Assembly: GCA_963761305.1 (NCBI GenBank)
Contig: CAVXGK010000002.1
Span: 1,344,001 to 1,408,000 of the forward strand
From: an uncultured Gemmatimonadaceae bacterium
GTDB lineage: Bacteria; Gemmatimonadota; Gemmatimonadetes; Gemmatimonadales; Gemmatimonadaceae
Direction: 5' to 3'
DNA: 64,000 bases
Shown here: in pieces, positions 48,659 to 62,330 of the stretch
Layout of the letters: the number at the start of each line of letters is the position of its first letter
How positions within the stretch are numbered: the first letter of the stretch is position 1
Position numbers and translations under genes: made by a program
The notes under the pieces: model-generated
Database searches by the model: none
Seen by the model: the letters and a program-made list of their open reading frames with translations, nothing else
What the model was told of the DNA's origin: nothing

Positions 48659-49246
48659 ATGTTCGCCTCGACCCTGCTGCTTCTTGCGATCGTGCGCCCA
48701 CCGGTCGACACGCCGACAGTGCAACGGTCGATCCTCGACACGACGTCCGTCGTTCCTATCGAAGTGGCCGCGCCGCTCGACACGCCGGTGGTGAGGCGAC
48801 GCGCGATCCAGTACAGCGATCAGTACTACACGCGCCTCACGATTCATCGATTCGGCAGCTACCTGATGCTGCCGTTGTTCGTCGGCGAGTACGCACTTGG
48901 TCAGAATCTGATCAACGACGCGAATCCGCCAACCTGGATCAAGCCGACCCACCTGGGCGTTGCCTTGGGCATTGGAGGACTGTTCACCGTCAACACGGTG
49001 ACCGGAGCCATGAATCTCTGGGAGTCGCGCGACGATCCGTCGAACCGCGGGTTGCGTATCACCCACACGGTGCTGATGCTGGCGTCGGACGCCGGCTTCG
49101 CGATCACCGGCGCGCTCACGCCGCAAAGGCACTCGTTCGACTTCGCCGAGATTCAGGCCTCTCGGAATCGTCACCGCAACTGGGCACTCGGCTCGATGGC
49201 CCTCTCCACGGCGGGGACTGCGTTGATGTGGTTCGTGAAGCACTGA
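48659..49246 (+). CDS. Membrane protein with four His-bearing helices
   Basis: TIHRFGSY, PTHLGVA, ITHTVLM, RHRNWA; possible heme b ligation (inference). Confidence 0.6.
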   Translation: MFASTLLLLAIVRPPVDTPTVQRSILDTTSVVPIEVAAPLDTPVVRRRAIQYSDQYYTRLTIHRFGSYLMLPLFVGEYALGQNLINDANPPTWIKPTHLGVALGIGGLFTVNTVTGAMNLWESRDDPSNRGLRITHTVLMLASDAGFAITGALTPQRHSFDFAEIQASRNRHRNWALGSMALSTAGTALMWFVKH

Positions 49247-49336
49247 ACACTTGCCTGCGCGGGCCTCGGCAAGCAGACAGTGGCGTTCGGGATTTCGCGA
49301 GGTGAGCCCACCGCAAGCCTTGGAGTCGGGACTGAA

Positions 49337-49504
49337 ATGGGAAGCCAGACGACTACCGTCCTCTACATAGCGCTGTTGATCGCCACTGTCGCGGCCGTCG
49401 ATCTCCTGTTCTTCAGAAATCAGTTCTGGGGGCGACTGACGGTGAATATCGGCATCGTCTTGGTATTCTCAGCCTTCTACTTCAGATACCTGAAACGTCC
49501 CTGA
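49337..49504 (+). CDS. Small two-helix membrane protein
   Basis: VDLLFFRNQFWGRLTVNIGIVLVF.AFY. Confidence 0.6.
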   Translation: MGSQTTTVLYIALLIATVAAVDLLFFRNQFWGRLTVNIGIVLVFSAFYFRYLKRP

Positions 49505-49519
49505 GCCGCGCTAGTTCCG

Positions 49520-52500
49520 CTACGGCTCGTTGCACTGATGAGGAATGGTTGGCGTGGGATCGCCGTCGACGTCGTCGTTGCGACGCTTCAAGTACTCGAT
49601 GATGGCGAGACGCTCGTTCGGCCGAAGGAACCGACCCACGTACCCCGGGGCATACTTGCCGCTATCGCGCGCAGCGGTGTAGGCGCTGTCGAAGAGGTGG
49701 CCCCGGTTGCCGTTTCCGGGCTTGGCGGTGTCGAACGTCCAGTAGCCCTTCACGCTGCGGTTCAGGCCAAGGCTATCCGGATCGTATTCGCGGCTGCCCA
49801 TGGGGAAGGTCACGGGACGTTCCTTGTAGGGTGACAGCAGGAAATAGATGCTCGGCACCGAGCCGTTGTGGAGGAACGGCGGCGTCGCCCAGATCCCTTG
49901 CAGCGGGCGCGACTTGTAGGCCCGAATGATCTGCGGTCTGTCGAGCGCGCCGAAGCCGTCGAGCTCCGCACGCTGCGCCGCGGTCAGCTTAGCGTCGTTG
50001 TATGCTTGATTGCGAATCATCGAGCCCAGGTAGCTGAGCGCCTGGCCCACACTGAGGTTCGTCGGATCGATCTGCGATAGCGTCTGCTCCTCCGAGCTGC
50101 GCAGCGTCGCCAGCGCCTGCTGGCTGGATTGGAGCTGTGCGAGCGACGCCGAGTCCTTGAGAGGCGTGAGACGCTTGATTTCATTCGCCAGCCATATGGA
50201 ATCGCGCTGGATCCATTGCTCGGACGTCGACCGCGCAACCTGACGAAGCTCTGCGGCGGTCATGCCGGTCTTCGAGACGTCGACGCGCGCACGCGCGAAG
50301 TTTGCGGCGGCCATCGAATCGGTGCCGACGTCGCTCGCGCAGAGCGTTGCGACGATCCACTCGGGCTGGTTCGACGGCTTGAGCGGCTGGTCGCGCAGCT
50401 TGATTCCCGCCGGCGCGATGTGCGGTCCGTGGCAACTCTGGCAGTTCTCCTTGAACAGCGCCTGTCCGCTGTCGGCACGCGTCTGATCGATCGGCCCGAA
50501 CAAGTCCGCCGGCCATTCAGGCGGCGTGAGCCGGCGCAGCGTCTGTTCGATCGTGGTGAGGCTGTCGATGAGCGCCGTCGACCGGAAACGCTGCGCGAGC
50601 GGCAACGGATTGCCGTACCGGTCGGCGAGCGTGTAGTTGGCGCCCACGCCCATCGCTTCACCCATGTTTCGCGCCATCGGTTGGCTGACCGAGGCGTTGT
50701 ACTGCACCCAGTCGAATTTCCAGATGTTCCAGAGCGACGGGTAGCTGACCGGCGCGTTTCCGACCTTGTAGTTCTTGGCGACGCCGAGATTCTCGCCGAA
50801 CACAGTGTTGCCAATGCGCGCCAGCGCGTCGGTGCGTCCGTACCCCTCCTGCGTCGGCGAGAGCCCGTGCCACTTTTCGTAGATGCCGATGCCAAAGAGG
50901 TTGAACCCGACCGATGCGAGCTGGCTGTACAGCTCGGATTTCCCCTGGGGATATCCGGCGCCGAGCACCCGCCGCGAGAACCGGTCGAACTTCACGGGAT
51001 CGAGCGCCGTCGCGAGCATCGACGTCGTCAGCGTGATGAGGAACTCGCCGACGTTGGCGTCGGTGAATGCGTGATTCGCCTGGCCGCCGTCGATGCGCAG
51101 CGCGCGCGTCACGTTGTTCTTCGTGATCTCGAGCTGCCCGGTGTGACACGTCGCGCAGGTGACGTCGAGGAGTTCCTCGTGCAGATCGGAGTCGAAATGC
51201 TTCGTGAATCCAACCGGCATCTGATCGGGATTCCGCGGGGTCGGCTGATCGACGAGGAATCCAAACCGCCGCATCTGCTCCGCATCAGCGATCCGCGTCG
51301 TGCCCCACGGCATCTCGAGATTCGCGAACCAGCTGTAGCGAACGTCCTTGAGCCCCGCCCCCTGCGGCGTGTAGTAGAACGTCTGCCGGTCCGCGGCCTC
51401 GAGCCCGTCGCCCCACCCCTTGTTGCGATACAGCACCTCGCTCACCGCGTTCTCCGGCAACTGCCCGTAGTGCGTCTCGACGACGAGCATCGTGCCGAGG
51501 ATCGCCGCGCCCGCGGTGACGATCAGCGCGACGGCGAGCACCGCGGCGTAGCGGCCGAGTGCGCGGAGCTTTACATCGCCAAGCGACTTTCGCTTGGCCC
51601 GAGCCGCTGCCGGCAACGGCGCGCCGCCCCGTACTTCCGCGAGCTCGTTGTGGTGGACGACGGCTTTCGAACCCTTGAGCCCGAGCCGCGCCTTGCGGCT
51701 CGCCGACTCGCCGAACCACCGCGCGCGGTTGATGCTGCCGAGCGGATGTGATTCAGCGGTGGAATGCTCCGTGACGTCGATGTACTCCTGCCGCGCGTCG
51801 TCATCCGACAACACCGAATCGCGGACCAGCTCGAGCCGCCCGACGATGTGGAACGGGGCCTGCCGCTCCGGCCATTCGACGCTCGAGTTCTCGACCCAAT
51901 AGATGTCGTCGCGCTGCTTGCGGCCGTCGCGCATGGCGTCCGAGTCGAGGAACTGAATCCCGAAGTCGAACTCGCTCATCCGCTTGTCGGTCTCGACGTG
52001 CCGAACCAGCTCGTCGCGCAGCATGTTGCGCTCGTGCTCGAGACGCGGCGCCGGATTGTCGTGACGCGAGTTGAGGCAATACTTCACGGCCTCGCTCGGT
52101 CCATGGCGGAACGGGACCCCGCTGAAATAGCGGAAGCGCTGATACGGATGCACCGAATTCTTGAACTGGGCATTCCCGCGCTTCTTCATCTTGCCGAGGC
52201 TCAGGAGCTCCGACCAGTTGAGCGTCGTGAGCGCCATGAGCTGCTGCCATTTCGTTCCCGCCTCGAGCACGCGCATGAGGATCGCGAACTCGTGCGCGTC
52301 GTTGATGGGGAACGTCGTGGCGTTGTTCAGCGCGAAGTCGTGCCGCTTGCCGTTCGGCAAATGCACCGCGAACGACACGGCGCGCACATCCGGCTCGTAG
52401 TCCGCATTGAAGGTCGACGCCGCGTTGGCGAACCGGATCGTCGCGTCATACGTGCCCGGGTTCGCGAACAGGTCCTGGCGAAGACGACCGCGCAGCACCG

Positions 52501-52758
52501 GATCCTCGATCTCCGCCTCGAGATCGAGCACCGTGAACGTGCCGCGCAGCACGATGCCCTTGGTATGCGTGCCACGCCCGAGCGGTCGATGCTGATCGTC
52601 GGCGAGGCGTTTCTGCGCATGCAGAATCCCCCGCACGATTTCCTGGATGTCCTCGTGCTCCGTCGGCAGCAGGCGCTCGAAGACCTTCATGTTCGCCGCG
52701 GGCTGCGGTGGGCGGTATGCAGCCCCTTGCTCGGCCGCCGACTTCGACTCGTGGACGC

Positions 52759-52762
<4 letters not shown>
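49520..52762 (-). CDS. Fusion of a catalase-related heme domain, a TM helix and a RoxA-like di-heme cytochrome c domain
   Basis: RGTHTKG, IRFANA, PDVRAV, DFALNN, PLGSINRAR; TM YAAVLAVALIVTAGAAILG; FYYTPQG, CATCH, GRTDA, CQSCH, YKSRPLQGIWATPPFLHNGSVP, GNGNRGH. Confidence 0.85.
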
Positions 52763-56177
<3,415 letters not shown>

Positions 56178-56181
<4 letters not shown>

Positions 56182-59100
56182 GTGCGAGCGGCGGGTGCGG
56201 AGAAGAGAGCGGGCCGGAGCGAGGGCAGCGAGAGCGCGGACGGCCGCGCAGCGTTCCACGCCTCGAGCGCTTGCATGGTCAACGGGTCCTTCGAGGTGAA
56301 CATCTGATCGACGGCGAAGAGGCCGAGCGCGCGATAGCTCTCGAGCTGATCCTCCCCGAAGAATTGATCGCTGGTGGATTCGTGCGGGAACGCGGGGTTG
56401 CTCGTCGCGTAGTTGAAGACGTCAGCCGGCTCTCGCCCGTAGAAGGCGGGCTTGATGTAGAACAAGAAGCCGTCGTGATCCGCGCCGCCCCCGTCGATCA
56501 CCGAGTAACGAATGTGCGCGACAGCCCAGTAGCGGCCGTCCGGCTTGTTCGGCGTGTTCGTATCCGCGCGAGGATAAATCGGAATCTCGCCGTCGAACTC
56601 GATCGGGACGCCGAAGTCGACGCGAATCTTTCGAATCGCGCCGCCCAGGTCGTCGAACGCACACGCCGGGTCGCTGCCGGCATCGGCGAGCACGATGAAC
56701 CGGCAGCGGCGGCGGACCATCTCGTAGAGTCCGAGATTCTCGAAGTGCCCGCCGTCGGACAGATACACGTACGGGCTGCGATCCGTCGTGCGACCGAACA
56801 TCTCGTCGAGAATCGGCAGCAGCGCGTACTTCGGCTCGTCGTTGTCGAACGTCTGCCGACCGGCCGGTCCCGGATTGCCCAGCCACCATCCGAGCCGTGC
56901 GTTGAACAGCGTCATCAGGAACGTCACCGCCGGCGACGAGTGATAGCCCATGTTCGGGCTCGCCGCCGCGCCGGAGATCGACATCGCGGTGCCTAGCGTG
57001 ACGCCGCGATCCGCGCCGTACAGCCGCTCGCCCGCCGCGCGCGTCGGTCGCGTGCGACGATAGCCGACGCCGGCGGATCCGGCGTGCATCGACGTGAACG
57101 TGAACGGCACGGCCTTGCGGCTCTGCGTCGCGAGATCGGTTCCCGCCACCGTGTTCAGCGTGACGTTCACGACGTGCAGCGGCGGATGGCTCGCGCGCTC
57201 TCGGTCCTCGGGTGCCTCGTGCGCCGCCGGCGGCCACAGCTCGCCGATCGGCAGGTCGTCGCGCTGGTCGAATCCGGTGAACGGATTCGGCTGTCGCTCG
57301 CCTGGCAGTCGCGATGCGCCGAGGAACGTGCGCACGAGACGCTCGCGATACATGGCGTGCAGCGAGAAGCGATTCGTGTCGATGCACCGCGCGAAGATCG
57401 TCGCCAGCGCAGCGAGTCCGAGCAGCCCGACCAGCACGACACCCGGCGATACATACGGCGTGTGCGACGTCATCCGCACCGCCGACGTGTAGTGCTCGAC
57501 GTTGCCCTCGAAGCACCAGCCGGTCGCCGAGCAAAGTCCGCTCAACAGCTGGGTGTCCAGCATCGCGACGAGCACGAGGACGATCACGGCGAACGTCGGC
57601 GTCGCAATGGCGACGACCGCCCCACGTAGCTTCGCGATCACTCCCGACACGCCACTCGTGCTCGATGCCGACGGAGACGAGCTCGCCGCACCCGATGCGA
57701 GCAGCCCGCTCAACCCACCGATCCCAATGAGATGCTTCAGCTTGATGGTCGCGCCGATCAGGAGGTGCGGGCCAAAGAGCGTGGTGCCAACGACTCCGGT
57801 CCACGCGACCAGCCCAATCAGCAGCCACGCACTGAATCGCGCGTTCGACTCGCGCTCGGCGTCCGTCATCGAGTGACTCGCGACACCCACGGCGAGCTGC
57901 GTCGCGATGAGCATTCCCGCGAGCGACGTCGGAACCGCGAACGTTGCATAGAACTCGGCGGAGTGCGTCCACGCGTCCAGTCCGAACAGCGCCATCGCCG
58001 AGGCCGCGCCGACGCCACCGGCGACGCCGCCGCACAGCAGGGCGAGGATCAACCCGGCCGCACGCGCGCTCAGCGAGCCGAGCTCCCCACCGCGCGCCGC
58101 GCGCCGAACGCTGAACACCCACGCGAGCACGTACACAGCGCCCCAGAAAACGATGCCGGCCGTGAAGGCCAGCGCTCGCGTGTTGAGCACGTTCGGATTG
58201 AGCGCGATCAGCGACGCCGCGGTTTTATTTGACGTGAGTGCCGAGGCTAGCGCACCCGTTGGATCGGCGTTCCCGAAATCCACCTGGATGAACGACCAGA
58301 CGAGCTGCCACATGTGCGTCAGCGTCGCGACCGCGACCATCAGCGGCACATAGCACCAGCCGATGAACTGCGGCATCGTCACCGGCGCTCTGAATCGCGT
58401 CTCGGATTCCGTGCGGCCGCTGTAGCTGTAAAGATTCCGCTGCACGAACGAGATGCCGATGACCGCTAGCACGATGCCGACGATGCCCTCGCCGGCCATG
58501 AGCCAGCCCGGATCCCAGCCCATCTGCTTCCACATGTGCAGCGACGTCGTGTAACACGACACGATGAAGCGGGGCAGCAGCAGCCCGGCCGCGAGCACGG
58601 GCAGCACGACCAGCCAGATCAGGAAGATGTTCCGCGCGATCGTCGCGATGACCGTCCACGTATCCGCGGAGAAGAACCCGAGCCGTGGCGCGAGATACGA
58701 GCTGTACGATCGAATGTGGCGGAGCGCCGACGGCTCCACGTCTCGCCGCGCGAAATCGTCCTTCGCCGCATCGCGCGGCTTGAGCTGTTCGTGCACACGC
58801 TCGACACCGTCGCGCTGCATCCACGCACTGAGCCAGCTTCCGGTGTAGCCGCCGCCGGAGACCGTCGACAGATACTCGAAGCGGCGCAGCCGCTCGTGCG
58901 TCGCGAGCCCCTGCACGATGCCGAGCGCGAACGAGGCGCTGCGGATGCCGCCGCCGGAGAAACAGAGCGCCGAGTGTCCGGCGGTCCGCATGCGCGCCGT
59001 GATCTCCAACATCCGCCGATCGAGCCGCGTGCGCAGGAACGGACTGAACGCGGTATCGGCCATCAGGCGGTTGCGAACGGGCACGCTGAGCTGCTCGAAC

Positions 59101-59423
59101 GTGCCGTCGTCGTGCTTCTCGAGAAAAAGGCGGACCGGAGAGAACTCCGGCACATTTCGGAGATCCGTCTCACCGACGACGAGCCTGTTCAACGCGGCGA
59201 CCGTGAGCGCGATCGACGCGGGACCGGCGGCAGGCGGGTCGCGTCGAAGCGCTTCGGTAATATCCGTCGTCAGCTCGGGCGACTCGCGCAGCACACAGCT
59301 GCCGAGGTCGCGCAGCGGATTGTTCGGCGACGACAGCACCAGCGCTCTCGCGAAGCCGATGAAGTCGACGACGTCATCCCCCTGAAACGCGACATCCGAC
59401 GACGGCGGCGTCCGCGGCTGCAC
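56178..59423 (-). CDS. Multi-pass membrane patatin/cPLA2-like phospholipase
   Basis: ALCFSGGGIRSA oxyanion loop, YLSTVSGGGY nucleophile, many TM helices, ISGAAASPNMG, YLSDGGHFENLG catalytic Asp, FPHESTSDQFF. Confidence 0.88.
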
Positions 59424-59828
59424 TTCCCGGATGCAGCGCGAGATATTCTTCCTCGAGCACGGACGCGAGCGAGAGCACCTCGCTGTTCGGTTCTTGGCCG
59501 ATCAGCCGAAGTGCGCGGGAGATCCTTCCGAGGGTCGGCGTCGGCATCTCGGTGGTCCGCTCGAGTCATTGTCGCGCCGTCGCGTGGGCCGGGACGGCGG
59601 GTGGGAGCCCTAATGTGACATAGCGCACATGGGCACGCTAGGCGCCTTTCGGAATCGTGAGGCGGAATCCCCGACGCCAAAGCACGCCGCCGCGCGGCGT
59701 CGTCGGCTCCGGCACGAGCAAAGCCGCGGCAGCCGCGCCGCGCCTGGCATTGAATCGCTGCCGGGTCGACGCAGTATCGTTGAATAGGAGTTTGCTGTTC
59801 CACTCGCCCCGCGCAACAACGCGGAAAC

Positions 59829-61802
59829 TCACGGCGCTCGAGAGCTCTCGCCCGGATCGAATTCACGGGCCTCGATCACCGACGGATACCCACCGTTGGC
59901 GCCCAGACGAACCGATAGCAACACGTTGTACCGCCCCGGGAATCGCTGAGCGGCAAGGGTGTCTCGGTCGCCGAGGTCCCGAACGACGACGACGTCGGAT
60001 GGAAAGTCGAAGACGTCGTACCCGAACAGCGGCGCCATCGCCGGTTCGCCCCACCAGCGAAGGGAAATCGTGTCGCCAGGCGGTTGGGGAAGCGTGGAGC
60101 GAACGAAGACGAGGAGCTTCTGGTGATCGACGCGCAACCGCTCGACGACGGTTTGCGACGCGGTCAACCGAGTGTAGTCCCGTCGACGTGACCGGATGTC
60201 GGAGGCGGCGTCGACGATCATCGTTGTCGCGAGCAGGCCCGCCAATACCGCGCCCGCGGTTCGGTGTCTGCGCGCCAGGCCGTGCAGGAGATACGCCGAG
60301 CCGACCAACGCAAAGGGAAGAATCTCGACGTAGAATCGATCGCTACCGCTGCTGTGATAGAAATAGAAGCCGTACGCGAGGGGCAGCACGACGAACGCGC
60401 CCAGGGGGCGCCAGCGCCAGCGCACGCCGGCGCGCCAGGCGGCGTAGGCAATCGGGACGATGAGGATGGTTGCTGAAAAGAAATCCGTCAGCCCGGCACG
60501 CACGGTCTCTCGAAGGTTCTTGACGGCGACCAGCGGGCCGAATTGGTACGCGTGTTCCACGGGAACGCCCATCGCCGCGTATTCGACGAAGCCCCGCATA
60601 CCGAAGCCCAGAGCGTGAAGCCCATGCTCGGCCACGTCATACCCGAAGCGCAAGGCGGATCCGGTTGTTTCGAGGTTGTAGTACAAGACGAAGACGACCG
60701 GGGCCACGGCCCCCGCGCACGCGGCGAGCGTCGTGGCGGTCGCCGCGCGGAGGGTCGGCCGCTCGCGCAGCAGCACCCAGAACCACAGCGTCGCGGCCAG
60801 CGCCAATCCGGTGAGCGGGCGAACGGCGACCGCGAAACCCAGCGTCAGCCCCGCGAGGGCCCACGCCCACGTGCGACGGCCGGGTGATGCCCCGACCCGG
60901 CCGACCATGAGGCTCGCGGCGATGAGCCCGAGCGCGGCCTCGAAAACGTGAGTGAAGAAGGTCGTCGAAAAGTCCAGGATGGGAGCGCTGGCCGTGACGA
61001 GCACCGCGGCCAGGAGGCCCACACGCGCCCCCGCGACGACTCGGCCAAACACGTAGGTCGTCCCGACCAGCAGCCCATACACGGCGAAGAGGAGAAGCCA
61101 GCTCGCCGACAGGCTCGACGCGATTGACAGCAATAACGGCCACCCCGGCGGATATTGGCCGTTGAAGTAGCCTGGCACATAGTAGGATTGGTTGATCAGA
61201 AAGAATGGGGCCAGGTCGCCTTCGAGCGGCCGCATGAAGGGCGGGTGCAGGACGTACCGGGACTGAATCAGGTACAGCACCTCGTCCAGAATGATCGGAT
61301 GGTGGCCAGGCGGACGGGCAACGACCCAGGCCGCCGTCGCCAGCACCAGCCACGACGCCGTGAGCCATTTGGCAACGACTCCGGGCGCCGACGACGGCTG
61401 GGGATCCCATCGCAGGACCGCGAGCGGCACGCTCCATCCCGCGAGCAGCAGAATCGCCACCTTGCTCACGTCGTATAGCGAAGGACCGCTCAAAGCGAGG
61501 ACAACGCAAACCGGTATTCCGAAGAAGGCCGCCAGCTGAAATCGCTCTCGTGGGCCGGACGCTCGCCAAGTGGGGAGCGCCAGGTAGGCGTCGATGCCTG
61601 CCGCGATGAAGAGGACCCACCTGACTCGAAGCACATCGAGGTGAAGCAGCGGGACGACGGCGAACTGCGCGATCGCCAAGAGGGCGACAGCCGCGTAGCT
61701 GCGCTTGTTGGGCAACCCCACGCTCGGACTCGACTTGAAAGGCGACGGCCAAACGTATGAGTCGGGGTTTGCGATCGGCAGGGTCAACTCGGGTTCGTGC
61801 AT
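59829..61802 (-). CDS. GT-C fold membrane glycosyltransferase (ArnT/PMT-like, family 39/83)
   Basis: LDEVLYLIQ, QYPPGWPLLL, many TM helices, AVRPLT, YYNL.TTG, RFYVE. Confidence 0.75.
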   Translation of the reverse strand: MHEPELTLPIANPDSYVWPSPFKSSPSVGLPNKRSYAAVALLAIAQFAVVPLLHLDVLRVRWVLFIAAGIDAYLALPTWRASGPRERFQLAAFFGIPVCVVLALSGPSLYDVSKVAILLLAGWSVPLAVLRWDPQPSSAPGVVAKWLTASWLVLATAAWVVARPPGHHPIILDEVLYLIQSRYVLHPPFMRPLEGDLAPFFLINQSYYVPGYFNGQYPPGWPLLLSIASSLSASWLLLFAVYGLLVGTTYVFGRVVAGARVGLLAAVLVTASAPILDFSTTFFTHVFEAALGLIAASLMVGRVGASPGRRTWAWALAGLTLGFAVAVRPLTGLALAATLWFWVLLRERPTLRAATATTLAACAGAVAPVVFVLYYNLETTGSALRFGYDVAEHGLHALGFGMRGFVEYAAMGVPVEHAYQFGPLVAVKNLRETVRAGLTDFFSATILIVPIAYAAWRAGVRWRWRPLGAFVVLPLAYGFYFYHSSGSDRFYVEILPFALVGSAYLLHGLARRHRTAGAVLAGLLATTMIVDAASDIRSRRRDYTRLTASQTVVERLRVDHQKLLVFVRSTLPQPPGDTISLRWWGEPAMAPLFGYDVFDFPSDVVVVRDLGDRDTLAAQRFPGRYNVLLSVRLGANGGYPSVIEAREFDPGESSRAP

Positions 61803-61836
61803 GTGCAGGTATACGACGGTCCGCCCCATACATGGG

Positions 61837-62172
61837 CACATTCGACTTCGGCACGAGCACCTGAGACTCCGGCGGCGTCACTTGGCACTCTCGTGGGGAC
61901 ACTTCACGCCGGCGCTTGGCCCTCTGCCGCGCAAGCCGGGGCACCTCGCAATGAGCTCGCGGCACTTCGCAATGAGCTCGCGACACTTCGCAATGAGCTC
62001 GCGACACTTCGCAATGAGCTCGCGACACTTCGCAATGAGCTCGCGACACTTCGCAATGAGCTCGCGACACTTCGCAATGAGCTCGCGACACTTCGCGATG
62101 AGTTCGCGACACTTCGCGATGAGTTCGCGACACTCCGCGGTGAACGCGGGACACGCAGCAGTGAGCTTCGCA
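61837..62172. repeat. 21-bp-period array; core of 9 near-identical units (61942-62130, CACTTCGCAATGAGCTCGCGA) with degenerate flanking units
   Basis: Core units start at 61942, 61963, 61984, 62005, 62026, 62047, 62068, 62089, 62110; CAC recurs in phase at 61837, 61858, 61879, 61900, 62131, 62152. Confidence 0.92.
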
Positions 62173-62330
62173 TCCCGGCACATCTTCGTGGCTCCTTCTT
62201 CGTGTCGGGAAGCGGTGATCCTCATGAGACCCGCCACCGGAGTCAGCCGGGCTACGATTGGAAGGCGAGCGCTGTCGCTGTCGCTCCCTGACTTGCGGTG
62301 GGGGTTCATTTTTCGTTGCCGGTCGGGTCG

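Noticed and set aside
61837..62172. CRISPR array
   Set aside because: Units are contiguous 21-mers with no unique spacers, and there are no cas genes in the window
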